Shown: piece after piece, positions 39,844-49,495 of the stretch
How positions within the stretch are numbered: the stretch's first letter is position 1
Layout: every line of letters begins with the position of its first letter
From: Pseudomonadota bacterium
GTDB taxonomy: Bacteria > Pseudomonadota > Gammaproteobacteria > Pseudomonadales > Moraxellaceae
DNA length: 64,000 nucleotides
Reading direction: 5' to 3'
Assembly (NCBI GenBank): GCA_040384385.1
Contig: JAZKJJ010000007.1
Coordinates: forward strand, 38,707-102,706
Notes under the pieces: model-generated
Database searches by the model: none
What the model was told of the DNA's origin: nothing
What the model saw: only the letters and a program-made list of their open reading frames with translations
Made by a program: the position numbers and the translations under genes

Positions 39844-40998
39844 TCAACGGGGCGTCGAGGTCGCGAGCAGCAAATCGATGTAGAACGTGCTGCCGGTTGG
39901 CGAGCTTTCGCGAATGCCAATATTGCCCTGCATCTGCTGCATGAAGCCGCTGGCGATCGGTAGGCTCAGCCCCAGTCCGGCACGAGATGCAGAGGCGTCA
40001 TGATGTGTACTGGAGAACTGCTGAAAAACGGATTCTTGCAGATCTTGCGAGAGGCCAGGGCCGTTATCAGCGATATTGATACGCAGCCTGTTGGCGGAAA
40101 TGGCCTCGGCATTCAGCTCGATGCAGCTATCAGGTCGCGAATAGCGGATGGCGTTATCGATCAGCGTGGAAATGACACGTTTGAGACGGAAATTGTCAGC
40201 CCAGACCCAATGTCCTGCTGCCCTACTGGCGGAAGGCAGTCGAATGCACTTTACATTAGCGGCCGGCTGCAACTCATCCAGAACTTGCTGCAGGATAGGT
40301 TGCAACTCATGGCTGGCCAGTGGGATATCAATGGCACTGTTGCTGAGCTGCTCGGCATCCAGCAATTGTTGCGTCAGGCGTTGTAGGCGGATGCTGTGGC
40401 GCAGCGCCATGTCGACAAAATCCGTGGCATTGGACGGCAGGATCACGATTTCTGGCATCTTGAGTAGGCTCAGGGCACCGATGATGGCCGTCAGTGGTGT
40501 TCGCAGCTCATGGCTCATGACTGAAATCAGTGACTGCCGCAAGTGTTCCAGCCGCTTCTGCTGAGTGATGTCACGAATCACACTGATATAGCGGCTGCGG
40601 AACTCCGCGGGCAGGATGGAAATAACCATGCCGATGTGGAAGATGGAGCCATCCTTGCGTTCGCCCTTGAGGTCCAGTACGGGACCGAACAGGTCGGGGC
40701 GGGTAGTCCCCGAGTTACGCGCTAGGATGCTGTCGTGCCGGGAACGATAAGGCTCAGGCATGAGCATCGAGATATTCTGACCAAGCACTTCTTCGGCACG
40801 GTAGCCGAACATATTCAGCGCGGCGGTGTTGGCACGCTGAATGATCCCGCGCTCATCAATGCTGATGATGCCGTCGGCAATACTGGCCAGAACTGTGTCG
40901 AGATAAACATCGGCCTCATAGCTGGTATCTCCGCTGGCGGGCGCAGCGGAAGCGTATGGAAAAGGACAACCTGAGTGCTGTGGTGGGATGCTTTTCAT
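39844..40998 (-). CDS. Soluble PAS-domain sensor histidine kinase
   Basis: PAS (LMPEPYRSRHDS), H box SHELRTPL, N box DNAIRYS, DNGPG, GLGL; no transmembrane segment. Confidence 0.9.
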   Translation of the reverse strand: MKSIPPQHSGCPFPYASAAPASGDTSYEADVYLDTVLASIADGIISIDERGIIQRANTAALNMFGYRAEEVLGQNISMLMPEPYRSRHDSILARNSGTTRPDLFGPVLDLKGERKDGSIFHIGMVISILPAEFRSRYISVIRDITQQKRLEHLRQSLISVMSHELRTPLTAIIGALSLLKMPEIVILPSNATDFVDMALRHSIRLQRLTQQLLDAEQLSNSAIDIPLASHELQPILQQVLDELQPAANVKCIRLPSASRAAGHWVWADNFRLKRVISTLIDNAIRYSRPDSCIELNAEAISANRLRINIADNGPGLSQDLQESVFQQFSSTHHDASASRAGLGLSLPIASGFMQQMQGNIGIRESSPTGSTFYIDLLLATSTPR

Positions 40999-41115
40999 GT
41001 GACGACTGTAACTTAGCGGCTGCGGTCACATGTTCTGATGTTGTTACTCCTAAGCCGATTTTTGTCAGTAGTGTGTCTGCACATTGCGCAGACACACTGG
41101 AAAGCCGTATTTAGG

Positions 41116-41943
41116 TCAGACGCCGTGATCCTTGAGCCAGTCTCGCGCCAGCTTCCAGGCATAGTCGGCGGCAGCCTTGTCATAAGTCGGACGGTAGTCG
41201 GCATTGAAGCCATGGTTCAGGCCGGGGAACACCACGATGTCTGAGCCCGAGCCCGACTTTTGCAGCTCGGCGCGCATCTGATCAACCACCGTGTCGGGAA
41301 TGAAACTGTCTGTGCCGGCATACAGCCCCAGCACGGGCACCTTCAGGGTAGCGGCCATGTCAATCGGGTCTTTCGGTTTGATCTCGGACTTCAGCCCGCT
41401 AAGGAGTCCGTAATAAGCCACGCCGGCCTTCACCGCCGGATTGTGCTGACTGTAAAGCCAGACCATACGCCCGCCGTAGCAGAACCCCACCGTACCGAGC
41501 TTGCGTGTATCGGCATGGCCTGATGCCTTGGCGAAGGCGATGCTGGCATCAATGTCGGCAAAGACCTGGGCATCCGGCACTTTTGAGACTACCTGCGACA
41601 GAATGTCTCCGATATCAGTCATCTTCGAAACATCGCCCTGGCGGGCAAAAAGTTCTGGCGCGATGGCGTAGTAACCGAGCTTGGCAAGGCGGCGGCAGAC
41701 ATCTTTGATGTGCTCGTGCACCCCGAAAATTTCCTGAATCACCACAATCGTCGGGTGCTTGCCGGGCTTTGCTGGCATGGCGCGATAGGCCGGCATGCGG
41801 CCATCTGCTACCGGTACGCTGACTTCGCTAGCGATTAGGCCGCGCGTGCTAGTGGTGATGGCCTGTGCCAGTAGCGGCGACGATGCCAGGGCAAAGCCGC
41901 TGGCCAGCGAGCTCACAATAAATTCACGACGATTGAGTTGCAT
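41116..41943 (-). CDS. Dienelactone hydrolase family protein, Tat signal
   Basis: RREFI Tat motif; QEIFG, GFCYG, HGF triad. Confidence 0.9.
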   Translation of the reverse strand: MQLNRREFIVSSLASGFALASSPLLAQAITTSTRGLIASEVSVPVADGRMPAYRAMPAKPGKHPTIVVIQEIFGVHEHIKDVCRRLAKLGYYAIAPELFARQGDVSKMTDIGDILSQVVSKVPDAQVFADIDASIAFAKASGHADTRKLGTVGFCYGGRMVWLYSQHNPAVKAGVAYYGLLSGLKSEIKPKDPIDMAATLKVPVLGLYAGTDSFIPDTVVDQMRAELQKSGSGSDIVVFPGLNHGFNADYRPTYDKAAADYAWKLARDWLKDHGV

Positions 41944-42084
41944 GTGTGTGCTCCCGATTTAAGTACTGATGAAACTAGGGAGAAGCGCGGTGAAAAACAA
42001 CTACACGCGGCGAGCATTTTCATGGCTTGCACCCGTTCGCTTATTTGTTAGAGTCAGTCACCAAAAATAACCCAGCAAGCTGCC

Positions 42085-42471
42085 ATGAATCTTCGTCTTG
42101 TATTTTTTCTCGTGTTGTCACTGGCGTCACTGTCTGGGCTCTGGTGGCTGTGGCCCAAGCCTGCCCAACCCGTGGCTGCCGCCGATACTCCCATGGCTAG
42201 CCCGGGCTATCTCATTCACTGGCGGGTTCGGGCTGGCCAGCGCGTACAGGGGCCGGAAAAATTTGCCGTGCGTGTAGGCGATATGGTGACGCTGGAAGTC
42301 GCCTCTGACCGTAACGATGTGCTGCATATCCATGGCGATGACTTGAAGGTGCCGCTGCTCGCCGACAAAAGCATCCGCATTGACTGGACGCCCGTTCACA
42401 GTGGTCGTTTTGACATGGAGCTGCACGACGCGGGCTTGACGCTGACGCAGGTCGATGTACTGCCGCGCTGA
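42085..42471 (+). CDS. Membrane-anchored cupredoxin-like hypothetical protein
   Basis: N-terminal hydrophobic helix; beta-strand pattern VRVGDMVTLEV..LHIHG..GRFDMELH; no Cys. Confidence 0.65.
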   Translation: MNLRLVFFLVLSLASLSGLWWLWPKPAQPVAAADTPMASPGYLIHWRVRAGQRVQGPEKFAVRVGDMVTLEVASDRNDVLHIHGDDLKVPLLADKSIRIDWTPVHSGRFDMELHDAGLTLTQVDVLPR

Positions 42472-42510
42472 GCGTCTTAGCATCCCCTAATTTTTTCTGG
42501 AGCAGCGCGT

Positions 42511-43350
42511 ATGTCCGCTCAATACACGATTTTGATCACCGGCTGTTCGACCGGCATTGGCCATGCCTTGGCGAAGACGCTGCACGCTCGCGGGCAGCGC
42601 GTCATTGCCACCGCACGCAAGCTCGAAAGCCTGCAGGATCTAACGGCGCTGGGTATCGTCACGCGTTTTCTGGATGTTAACGATGTGGCCTCGCGCCAGG
42701 CGTTGGTCGACGAACTGTCGCTCTTGCAGCTGACGCCGAACATGCTCATCAACAATGCCGGCTATGGTGCCATGGGGCCTCTGGCCGAGATGCCATTCGC
42801 TACGCTGGCCGCGCAATTCGAGACCAATGTACTGTCCTTAATGGCGATGACGCAGGCCGTGATTCCCGGCATGGTGGCGCAAAAGCGTGGCCGTATCGTC
42901 AATCTCGGCTCAGTCTCGGGCGTGCTCACCACGCCGTTTGCCGGTGCCTACTGTGCCACCAAAGCCGCTGTGCATGCTCTCTCGGATGCCCTGCGCATGG
43001 AGCTGGCACCCTTCGGCATCGATGTCATCATTGTGCAGCCTGGCGGTATTCAGTCGGAGTTTGGTGCCACCGCCAGTCGTGATGTGCAAGCCCGCCAGGC
43101 CGGGCTCTCGCTCTATGCGCCACTGGCCGATGCCATCGCTAAGCGCGCTGGTGCATCGCAGCAACAAGCTACATCGGTGCAGGATTTTGTCGATGCCATG
43201 AGCGATGCCATCTTGGCGCCGACAGCCGAGCCGGTGGTGCGCTTGGGCCATGGCAGCACGCTGTTGCCGATGGTGCAGCGCTGGTTGCCGGTGCGTCTGC
43301 GTGACCGTATCTTGAGCAGGCGTTTCGGCCTCGCGCAATGGCGTCCCTGA
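42511..43350 (+). CDS. Short-chain dehydrogenase/reductase
   Basis: TGCSTGIG, NNAGYG, YCATK, QPGG. Confidence 0.92.
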   Translation: MSAQYTILITGCSTGIGHALAKTLHARGQRVIATARKLESLQDLTALGIVTRFLDVNDVASRQALVDELSLLQLTPNMLINNAGYGAMGPLAEMPFATLAAQFETNVLSLMAMTQAVIPGMVAQKRGRIVNLGSVSGVLTTPFAGAYCATKAAVHALSDALRMELAPFGIDVIIVQPGGIQSEFGATASRDVQARQAGLSLYAPLADAIAKRAGASQQQATSVQDFVDAMSDAILAPTAEPVVRLGHGSTLLPMVQRWLPVRLRDRILSRRFGLAQWRP

Positions 43351-44780
43351 GGTACTGGCCGCAACGCGCGTTACTACTTCTGCCGGCATTTCCCGGCAGT
43401 GCCAGCGCGCATTCCTTCGGTCAGCTTTATAACCTGCCGGTACCGCTGTGGATGTATCTCTACGGTGCCGCTGCTGCCTTGCTGGCCTCTTTTGTGCTGA
43501 TCGCGGTCTTTCTGGTGCCGGCACAAACGGTAAGGTCAGCAAATGTCGCCCGCCAATCCGAGCCGGGCTGGTTTTCACTCCTTGCTCGGTACACTCGCCC
43601 ACTGCTGCGTATCCTCAGCGTGTTGCTGTTGCTGTTGTGTATGGCTACCGGTTTCTGGGGCACGGCAAACCCGTATCTGAACTTCAACATGACCTTCTTC
43701 TGGATCATGTTCGTGCTTCTTTTCACCTACCTCACGGCATTCGTGGGCGATGTCTTCCGCTTTATCAGCCCGTGGCGAGTGCTCAGCGACGCCTTGCCAT
43801 CACGCTGGCGCCAAGGCTTTTTCGTGTACCCCAAGCGCCTCGCTTACTGGCCCGCGCTGCTGCTCTATATCGGCTTCATTAGCCTTGAGCTGTTTGGCAA
43901 AATCAATCCGCAAGGCTTGGCCTGGCTGCTCTTCGGCTATACCGTGGCTAATCTTGTTGGTGTTGGCCTGATCGGGCAGCGGGCTTGGTTTCGCCATGTC
44001 GAATTCTTCGCCGTGTTTCTGCGTCTGGTGGCGATGATGGCGCCGCTGAGCTGGTATCAGGGCAGGGCGCACTGGCGTATGCCGGGTAGCGGCCTAGTCG
44101 GGCAGCGCGCGGAAAGTTACAGCCTCGTGCTCTTCATTCTCTTCATGCTGGCCTCCACCGCGTTTGACGGCCTACGCGGCACGGTGGTCTGGGTTAATGT
44201 TTTCTGGGCCGATACCTTCAACGTCCTGACGCCTTTTTTGGGCAAGCCGCCAGTCTATTTCTATCTCCAGCTCAGACCGTGGTACACCGTTTATGAGGTG
44301 AGCTGGCTGTGGCTGTCGCCGCTGATCTACTTCACGGTGTTCGGCTTTTTTGTAGCCTGGGCCGCGCGTCTGGCCGGCACGAAACTGCCTGTGCGTGAAT
44401 GGCTGCTGCGCTCGGCGTTCTCGCTATTGCCCATCGCGCTGGTCTATCACATTACGCACTACTACACGCTGATCCTGACTCAAGGCGTGAAGATCGTGAG
44501 CATGCTCTCGGACCCGTTTGGCTACGGTTGGGATCTTTTCGGGACAGCGGGTGGGTGGCGTTCGGCCATTCTGCCGGACATGAATTGGGTCTGGCACAGC
44601 CAGGTGGCGTTGATTGTTTTCGGGCACATCGCCAGCGTCTATCTGGCACATCACGAGGCGATGCAGTTGGCAGTATCACCGCGTCGTGCGGTGTTAAGTC
44701 AGCTGCCCATGCTTGCACTGATGATGGCCTTCACCGCCTCCGGACTGTGGATTCTGGCCCAGCCCATCAGCGGTGGCTAA
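43338..44780 (+). CDS. Polytopic membrane protein of unknown function, predicted mature N-terminal His
   Basis: Signal peptide ending SASA|H; many hydrophobic segments; His in late helices (YHITHY, FGHIASVYLAHH). Confidence 0.78.
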   Translation: MASLRYWPQRALLLLPAFPGSASAHSFGQLYNLPVPLWMYLYGAAAALLASFVLIAVFLVPAQTVRSANVARQSEPGWFSLLARYTRPLLRILSVLLLLLCMATGFWGTANPYLNFNMTFFWIMFVLLFTYLTAFVGDVFRFISPWRVLSDALPSRWRQGFFVYPKRLAYWPALLLYIGFISLELFGKINPQGLAWLLFGYTVANLVGVGLIGQRAWFRHVEFFAVFLRLVAMMAPLSWYQGRAHWRMPGSGLVGQRAESYSLVLFILFMLASTAFDGLRGTVVWVNVFWADTFNVLTPFLGKPPVYFYLQLRPWYTVYEVSWLWLSPLIYFTVFGFFVAWAARLAGTKLPVREWLLRSAFSLLPIALVYHITHYYTLILTQGVKIVSMLSDPFGYGWDLFGTAGGWRSAILPDMNWVWHSQVALIVFGHIASVYLAHHEAMQLAVSPRRAVLSQLPMLALMMAFTASGLWILAQPISGG

Positions 44781-44786
44781 GCGAAT

Positions 44787-46247
44787 TTACTTGTCTGCCC
44801 AGGCCCCGTTGGTAACACGCACAGCATAGAAGCCGCTGAAGCCGTCGGTGTACCAGATCTCCTTGCGCTCGGGCACGAAGCTCGGGCTCGACATGGCCCA
44901 ATTGCTTTCTTCCGGAAAGTTGCGCGGGCTGGTCGGGGGATTGAAGTAGGCGATCTCGCGCGGATGGAAGGGGTCGCGAATATCAAATACACGCAGGCCG
45001 GAGATGATCATGCTGCAAGCCACGATGGTCGGATCGACGCGCGTCGGCACATTGCAGTAATGCCCACCATAACCCTGCACTGGCAGATTGGCGCCCGGAT
45101 CACCGTCACGCACGGCCTTGTTTTCGGGTTGATGCACTTCCAGACGCAAATTCGAAATCACCTTTGGCTTGGTTTCGTCACTGATGTCGATGATGCGACC
45201 GGCCCCAATGTTGCCGGCACCGCTGGGCGAAGTGGTGGAGTCGGTGTACTCGTCGATTTCCACCAGATACGGCTTGCCCTTGATAGTGATGGGAATGGCG
45301 TTCTGCGGAATACTGATCGAAGGCCAAGTCACGCGTGAAATTTCACGCACAGTTGGCTTGGGCTTGCGTGCCTGAATTTCCGAGACATCCAGGATCACCA
45401 TGCCAGAGGCGTTTTCGGGGCCGGAGCTGCCTGGCATGTTGCCGCCACCGCCAGCAATATAGGCACGGTTGCCATCAGCACTGATGGATAGCCCGTGCGA
45501 CTTGAGCGGGATGGTCATGATCGGCACCGGCACTGATAGGTTGGTCAGATCGATGGCCGTTAGCGTCGGCGTGCCGGGCGATGCCGAGTAGAACGTCTTG
45601 CCATCCGGCGAGAAGCCGCTTTCGTGCCCGAGCACGCCCACCGGCGCTACCGACTTCAACACGGGGTGACGGCAGTCGCCGGAAATGTCGTAAACATCGA
45701 CCACGCCGGGGCCGAAGGCCGGGTTGCCGAGAACGGCAGCGAGCACACCGCGCTCCTTACTCAACACCAGCGACTCATGCGGCGACAGCATGGCCGGCGT
45801 GAGCAGCTGGGCGGTCAATACTGGCTGGGTGGGGTCGCTCATGTCGAGCACGTTGACGCCGCCCTGAGCATCAATCAGATTGGTCGGAAACAGCAGTGTG
45901 GTGTCGTAATACGCGCAGTCATGGCCAGCTGCATCGGTATAGCGTTCGACCTTGAAGCCGCCCACAGTGCCGAAATTATTCTGCTTGCTGTACGAGCCGA
46001 TCATCTCGGTGTTGCAGGTAAAGCCCTCGCGGGTGCGGCCGCTGGTCAGGTCTTCGCGACTGACACGACCCTGGATGCCGGTCTCTGGGCGTGAGCCGGG
46101 GCCACAGGTGGCGCGTGGCGTTGGCTGAGGCACTTCCGAGGCGCTGGCGGGTGGTTTGCTGGTGCTGTTGTTGCTGCCCGATGAGCAGGCGCTGATCAGC
46201 ACGGCCAAGGTTAGTAAGCTGATCGTGCGCAAAATGGGGAGGGGCAT
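44787..46247 (-). CDS. LVIVD-repeat beta-propeller lipoprotein
   Basis: Lipobox ISAC; repeats VNVLDMSDP, VDVYDISGD, LTAIDLTN, MVILDVSE, RIIDISDE, LRVFDIRDP. Confidence 0.82.
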   Translation of the reverse strand: MPLPILRTISLLTLAVLISACSSGSNNSTSKPPASASEVPQPTPRATCGPGSRPETGIQGRVSREDLTSGRTREGFTCNTEMIGSYSKQNNFGTVGGFKVERYTDAAGHDCAYYDTTLLFPTNLIDAQGGVNVLDMSDPTQPVLTAQLLTPAMLSPHESLVLSKERGVLAAVLGNPAFGPGVVDVYDISGDCRHPVLKSVAPVGVLGHESGFSPDGKTFYSASPGTPTLTAIDLTNLSVPVPIMTIPLKSHGLSISADGNRAYIAGGGGNMPGSSGPENASGMVILDVSEIQARKPKPTVREISRVTWPSISIPQNAIPITIKGKPYLVEIDEYTDSTTSPSGAGNIGAGRIIDISDETKPKVISNLRLEVHQPENKAVRDGDPGANLPVQGYGGHYCNVPTRVDPTIVACSMIISGLRVFDIRDPFHPREIAYFNPPTSPRNFPEESNWAMSSPSFVPERKEIWYTDGFSGFYAVRVTNGAWADK

Positions 46248-46316
46248 GGCGTGCGCTCTTGTTATTTTCGCGCGAGCATCGCAGGCCGAGCAGGGCTTGT
46301 CTAGCCCGGCCTGGCC

Positions 46317-46856
46317 TCAGTTTTTACGCACGGGCAACATGCGTCGCAAGGTGTTGTCCTTGTTGAAATAGTGATGCCAGAGCGCGGCACCAGCATGGAT
46401 GCCGATTAGCACGATCAGCACTTCCGCCAGGTCCTCGTGCCATTCCTTGATGATTTTTGCCAGCGGCATGTCTGTTGGCGCAATGCTGGGCAATTCAAAC
46501 AGGAAGAACCAGGAAATCGGCTTGCCAGCGGCACTGCTCATCCACCAGCCGAGGCAGGGGATTACCAGCAGCAAGCCGTAGAAAGCGACATGCACAGCTT
46601 TCGCCGCCATTTGCGTGGCGCGCGATTCGCCTTCCGGTGCTGGGCGCTTCAGGGGCAGCGTAAAGATCATGCGCAGCACCATCACTGCCAGCACCGTAAT
46701 GCCGAAGGACTTGTGCAGCATGACCAAATTGCGCTGTAGCTCCTTGTCAGTCAGGTCATCGGCCAGCCAGACCAGGGTGACGGCACTAAGTACCAGTGCC
46801 ACCACCAGCCAATGGAAGAAAACGATCAGCGCGGGGTAGCGCACAGGACGGGTCAT
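46317..46856 (-). CDS. Cytochrome b561 (YceJ/CybB-like)
   Basis: FFHWL, LHKSFG, VHVAFY, WHE, IHAGAALWHH heme-His pattern. Confidence 0.9.
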   Translation of the reverse strand: MTRPVRYPALIVFFHWLVVALVLSAVTLVWLADDLTDKELQRNLVMLHKSFGITVLAVMVLRMIFTLPLKRPAPEGESRATQMAAKAVHVAFYGLLLVIPCLGWWMSSAAGKPISWFFLFELPSIAPTDMPLAKIIKEWHEDLAEVLIVLIGIHAGAALWHHYFNKDNTLRRMLPVRKN

Positions 46857-46874
46857 GGTCTGGCTCCTCTGTCA

Positions 46875-48857
46875 CTAAGGCGTGACGATATTAAAGCTGC
46901 CGTTGGGCTGTTCGAAGAGTGTGAAGAAGCGCACCAGATCCACACGGCTGCCTTCCACCTTGAGATCGTCCGAGAGTAGCGTGTCGTTGATGCCAGCCTT
47001 GCCAGTGATCATCTTGAGATAGATCGCGTGCGTCAACTTCAGCGTGGCATCGGCCTTGGGGTCATTGCCAGCACGATGATGCAGGACCGAATTCTTCAGG
47101 TGCAGCACATAGCTTTCCTTCAGATCGGTGAATACGAAGTTGATGGTGTACTCCTTGCCCTCGGCCTTGTCGGCCTTCAGGCGTGCGGCCATGGCATCCA
47201 TGAAGCGCGGCATCGGCGTGCTGCGCAAGAGCTCGATGGTGCTGCTCATGTCCAGAACCTGCTTCGGTGTGCCGTGGCGCAGCTCGTAAGCGCCGGTCAG
47301 ATAGGCATCGCGCCAAGGTGCCGATTCGGCCTGATAGCCAAGCTGGTCGTAGGTTTTCGCCAGCAAGGCTTTCGCGGCCGCATTGCCCGGCTCGGCAAAG
47401 ACCAGATGATTCAGCACTTCGGCGGCCCAGCGATACTCGCCATCGTCATAGGTTTTCTGCGCCTTCTCCAGCACGGCATCGGCACCGCCCATAAACTCCA
47501 CATACTTCTTGCCGGCATTCTCTGGCGGCAGCGGGTTCAAGTTGGCCGGGTTGGCGTCATACCAGCCGAAGTAGAACTGATACACGGCCTTGGTGTTGTG
47601 TGCCACGGTGCCGTAATAGCCACGGCTGGAGAAGACCTTGTTCAGGCTCGGCGGCAGCTTGACCTGCTCGGCAATCTCGCGCGAGGTGAAGCCTTGCAGC
47701 GCCAGATGCAATGTTTGGTCGTGGATGTACTTGAAGGTATCGCGCTGCGACTCCAGCAGTGCCTGCACGCGCTCTTTGCCCCAGACCGGCCACTGATGGC
47801 TGCCGACATAGACTTCGGCATCGCCAAACAGACTCAGCGCTTCGTCCAAGTAGCCGCTCCACTTCAGCGCATCACGCACCTTGGCGCCGCGCAAGGTATA
47901 GAGGTTATGCAGCGTATGCGATGCCAGCTCGGCGCCCAAAAAGGCTTTCAGCTCCGGCAGGTAGAAAGTCATTTCCGCCGGGGCTTCCGATGCCGGCGTG
48001 TTCTGGAAGACAAAGCGCAGGCCATCAATATCAAGCTCTTGACCGGTACGCGTGATCAGCTCGGTCGGTGCCATGATGCCGACGGTGCCATAGGCCGGGG
48101 CCTTGCCCAGGCCGGTATCAATATGGCCGCGTGGCGTGTGTGCCAAGCTTTTGCCGTACATGAACATGGAGCGGCGCAGCATGGTTACGCCGGCCAGCAC
48201 ATTCTCACTGGTGGCCTCTTCCATGAAGCCATCAGGCGCGATGATGCGCAGCTTCTGCTGGCGCGCCTGCTCGGCACTGACAATGCCGAGAATGCCGCCA
48301 AAGTGGTCGACATGGCTGTGCGTGAAAATCACCGCGACGATAGGCTTCGTGCCCAGATGCTCGCGCGCAAAGGCAATGGCGCGTGCGGCAGTCTCCTGCG
48401 CCGTCAGCGGATCAACAATGATCCAACCGGTGCGGCCCTCGATGATCGTCATGTTGGACAGGTCATAGCCGCGCAGCTGATAAATGCCATCTCTGACCTT
48501 GAACAGACCGTGGATGTTGTTCAGCTGCGCCTGCCGCCACAGGCTCGGATTCACGCTGTCGGGAGCAGCACCCTTGAGAAAGTCGTAGCTAGGCATGTCC
48601 CAAACGGTGCTGCTGCCATCTTCGGTGGTGCGCAGGATCTTCAGCATCGGATCGCGGGCGATGAGGCCACGCTCGGCGTCGGCAAAGTCCTGGCGATCAT
48701 TGAAGTCGAGCTCGGTGAGCATCTTGGCATTGGCATCACGGGTGGCTGCGGTGGCGGCGCTATGGCCTTGGGCATCAGCACCGGCTTCGTGGGGTGCCTG
48801 GCCGCAGGCGGCGAGGGCGGAGCAGAGCGCCAATGCAAGTAGTCGTGAAGTGTTCAT
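46875..48857 (-). CDS. Alkyl/aryl sulfatase (SdsA1/BDS1-like), lipoprotein
   Basis: LAACG lipobox; THSHVDHFGG metallo-beta-lactamase motif; HNLYTLRGA; C-terminal SCP2-like domain. Confidence 0.92.
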   Translation of the reverse strand: MNTSRLLALALCSALAACGQAPHEAGADAQGHSAATAATRDANAKMLTELDFNDRQDFADAERGLIARDPMLKILRTTEDGSSTVWDMPSYDFLKGAAPDSVNPSLWRQAQLNNIHGLFKVRDGIYQLRGYDLSNMTIIEGRTGWIIVDPLTAQETAARAIAFAREHLGTKPIVAVIFTHSHVDHFGGILGIVSAEQARQQKLRIIAPDGFMEEATSENVLAGVTMLRRSMFMYGKSLAHTPRGHIDTGLGKAPAYGTVGIMAPTELITRTGQELDIDGLRFVFQNTPASEAPAEMTFYLPELKAFLGAELASHTLHNLYTLRGAKVRDALKWSGYLDEALSLFGDAEVYVGSHQWPVWGKERVQALLESQRDTFKYIHDQTLHLALQGFTSREIAEQVKLPPSLNKVFSSRGYYGTVAHNTKAVYQFYFGWYDANPANLNPLPPENAGKKYVEFMGGADAVLEKAQKTYDDGEYRWAAEVLNHLVFAEPGNAAAKALLAKTYDQLGYQAESAPWRDAYLTGAYELRHGTPKQVLDMSSTIELLRSTPMPRFMDAMAARLKADKAEGKEYTINFVFTDLKESYVLHLKNSVLHHRAGNDPKADATLKLTHAIYLKMITGKAGINDTLLSDDLKVEGSRVDLVRFFTLFEQPNGSFNIVTP

Positions 48858-48960
48858 GGTGTGCCTCGGGTGCAGACGGTGGCGGGCTATTGAGCCTCGC
48901 TCGTCATTTCTTGTTAGTTGTGCGACTGGCCGAGACTAACCGGTTGCTGGCCAGCGGCCA

Positions 48961-48998
48961 AGAAAAAACCCGCCAGGCTTTACGCCGGGCGGGCTTTA
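48961..48998 (-). terminator. Rho-independent terminator of tmRNA
   Basis: Minus strand reads gcccgcccggcg-taaa-gcctggcgggt-tttttct. Confidence 0.75.
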
Positions 48999-49010
48999 GG
49001 TCTTGCAGTT

Positions 49011-49365
49011 TGGTGGAGATGGCGGGTATCGAACCCGCGTCCGCCAGCACTCTACCCTCGGATCTACATGCTTAGTCTTCTCTATTGATTTAACCCGACA
49101 CGGCCCGAGAGACAGGGCATGGAAGGCGATCCTCTAGGGTTTTAGCGACGCAACACGAGGCGGGTTACGAAGCGATCCGGTATTTTTTGCGCTGACCGCC
49201 CCCGCATACCGGCATGCAAGTTTGGTCATAAGCCGGGATTAGGCGGCTAGTGCGTAGTTTTCGTCGTTTGCGACTATTTTTTTGGAGCGTTTATTTAGGA
49301 GAGACATTCCACTCTCCGCATGCACCTGCGGGCTTCATAACCAGCGTCGAAGCCATGTCATCCCC
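49011..49365 (-). ncRNA. ssrA: tmRNA
   Basis: 5' GGGGATGACATGGCTTCGAC; 3' T-arm GCGGGTTCGATACCCGC and ATCTCCACCA; tag ORF 49271-49239 encodes ANDENYALAA*. Confidence 0.97.
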
Positions 49366-49495
49366 AGAGCAAGCCTAGTGTGCGCCGACTGCCAGCGCTT
49401 GTCACTAAGGCATGCGTCATCAAGTGTGTGCCCTTGCCGTAGACTGCGTGGTCATTTACTGTTCGCGCAGTCAAAAATAACGAGAGATGCCAACG

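Noticed and set aside
47028-48842. 604-aa antisense ORF over the alkyl sulfatase, and many similar shadow ORFs in the track
   Set aside because: Fully nested opposite confident genes in GC-rich DNA; no motifs or SD support.
38352-49011. Possible integrative island at the tmRNA 3' end
   Set aside because: No integrase, and I found no duplicated 3' fragment; TGGTGGAG near 45233 is a short in-gene coincidence.
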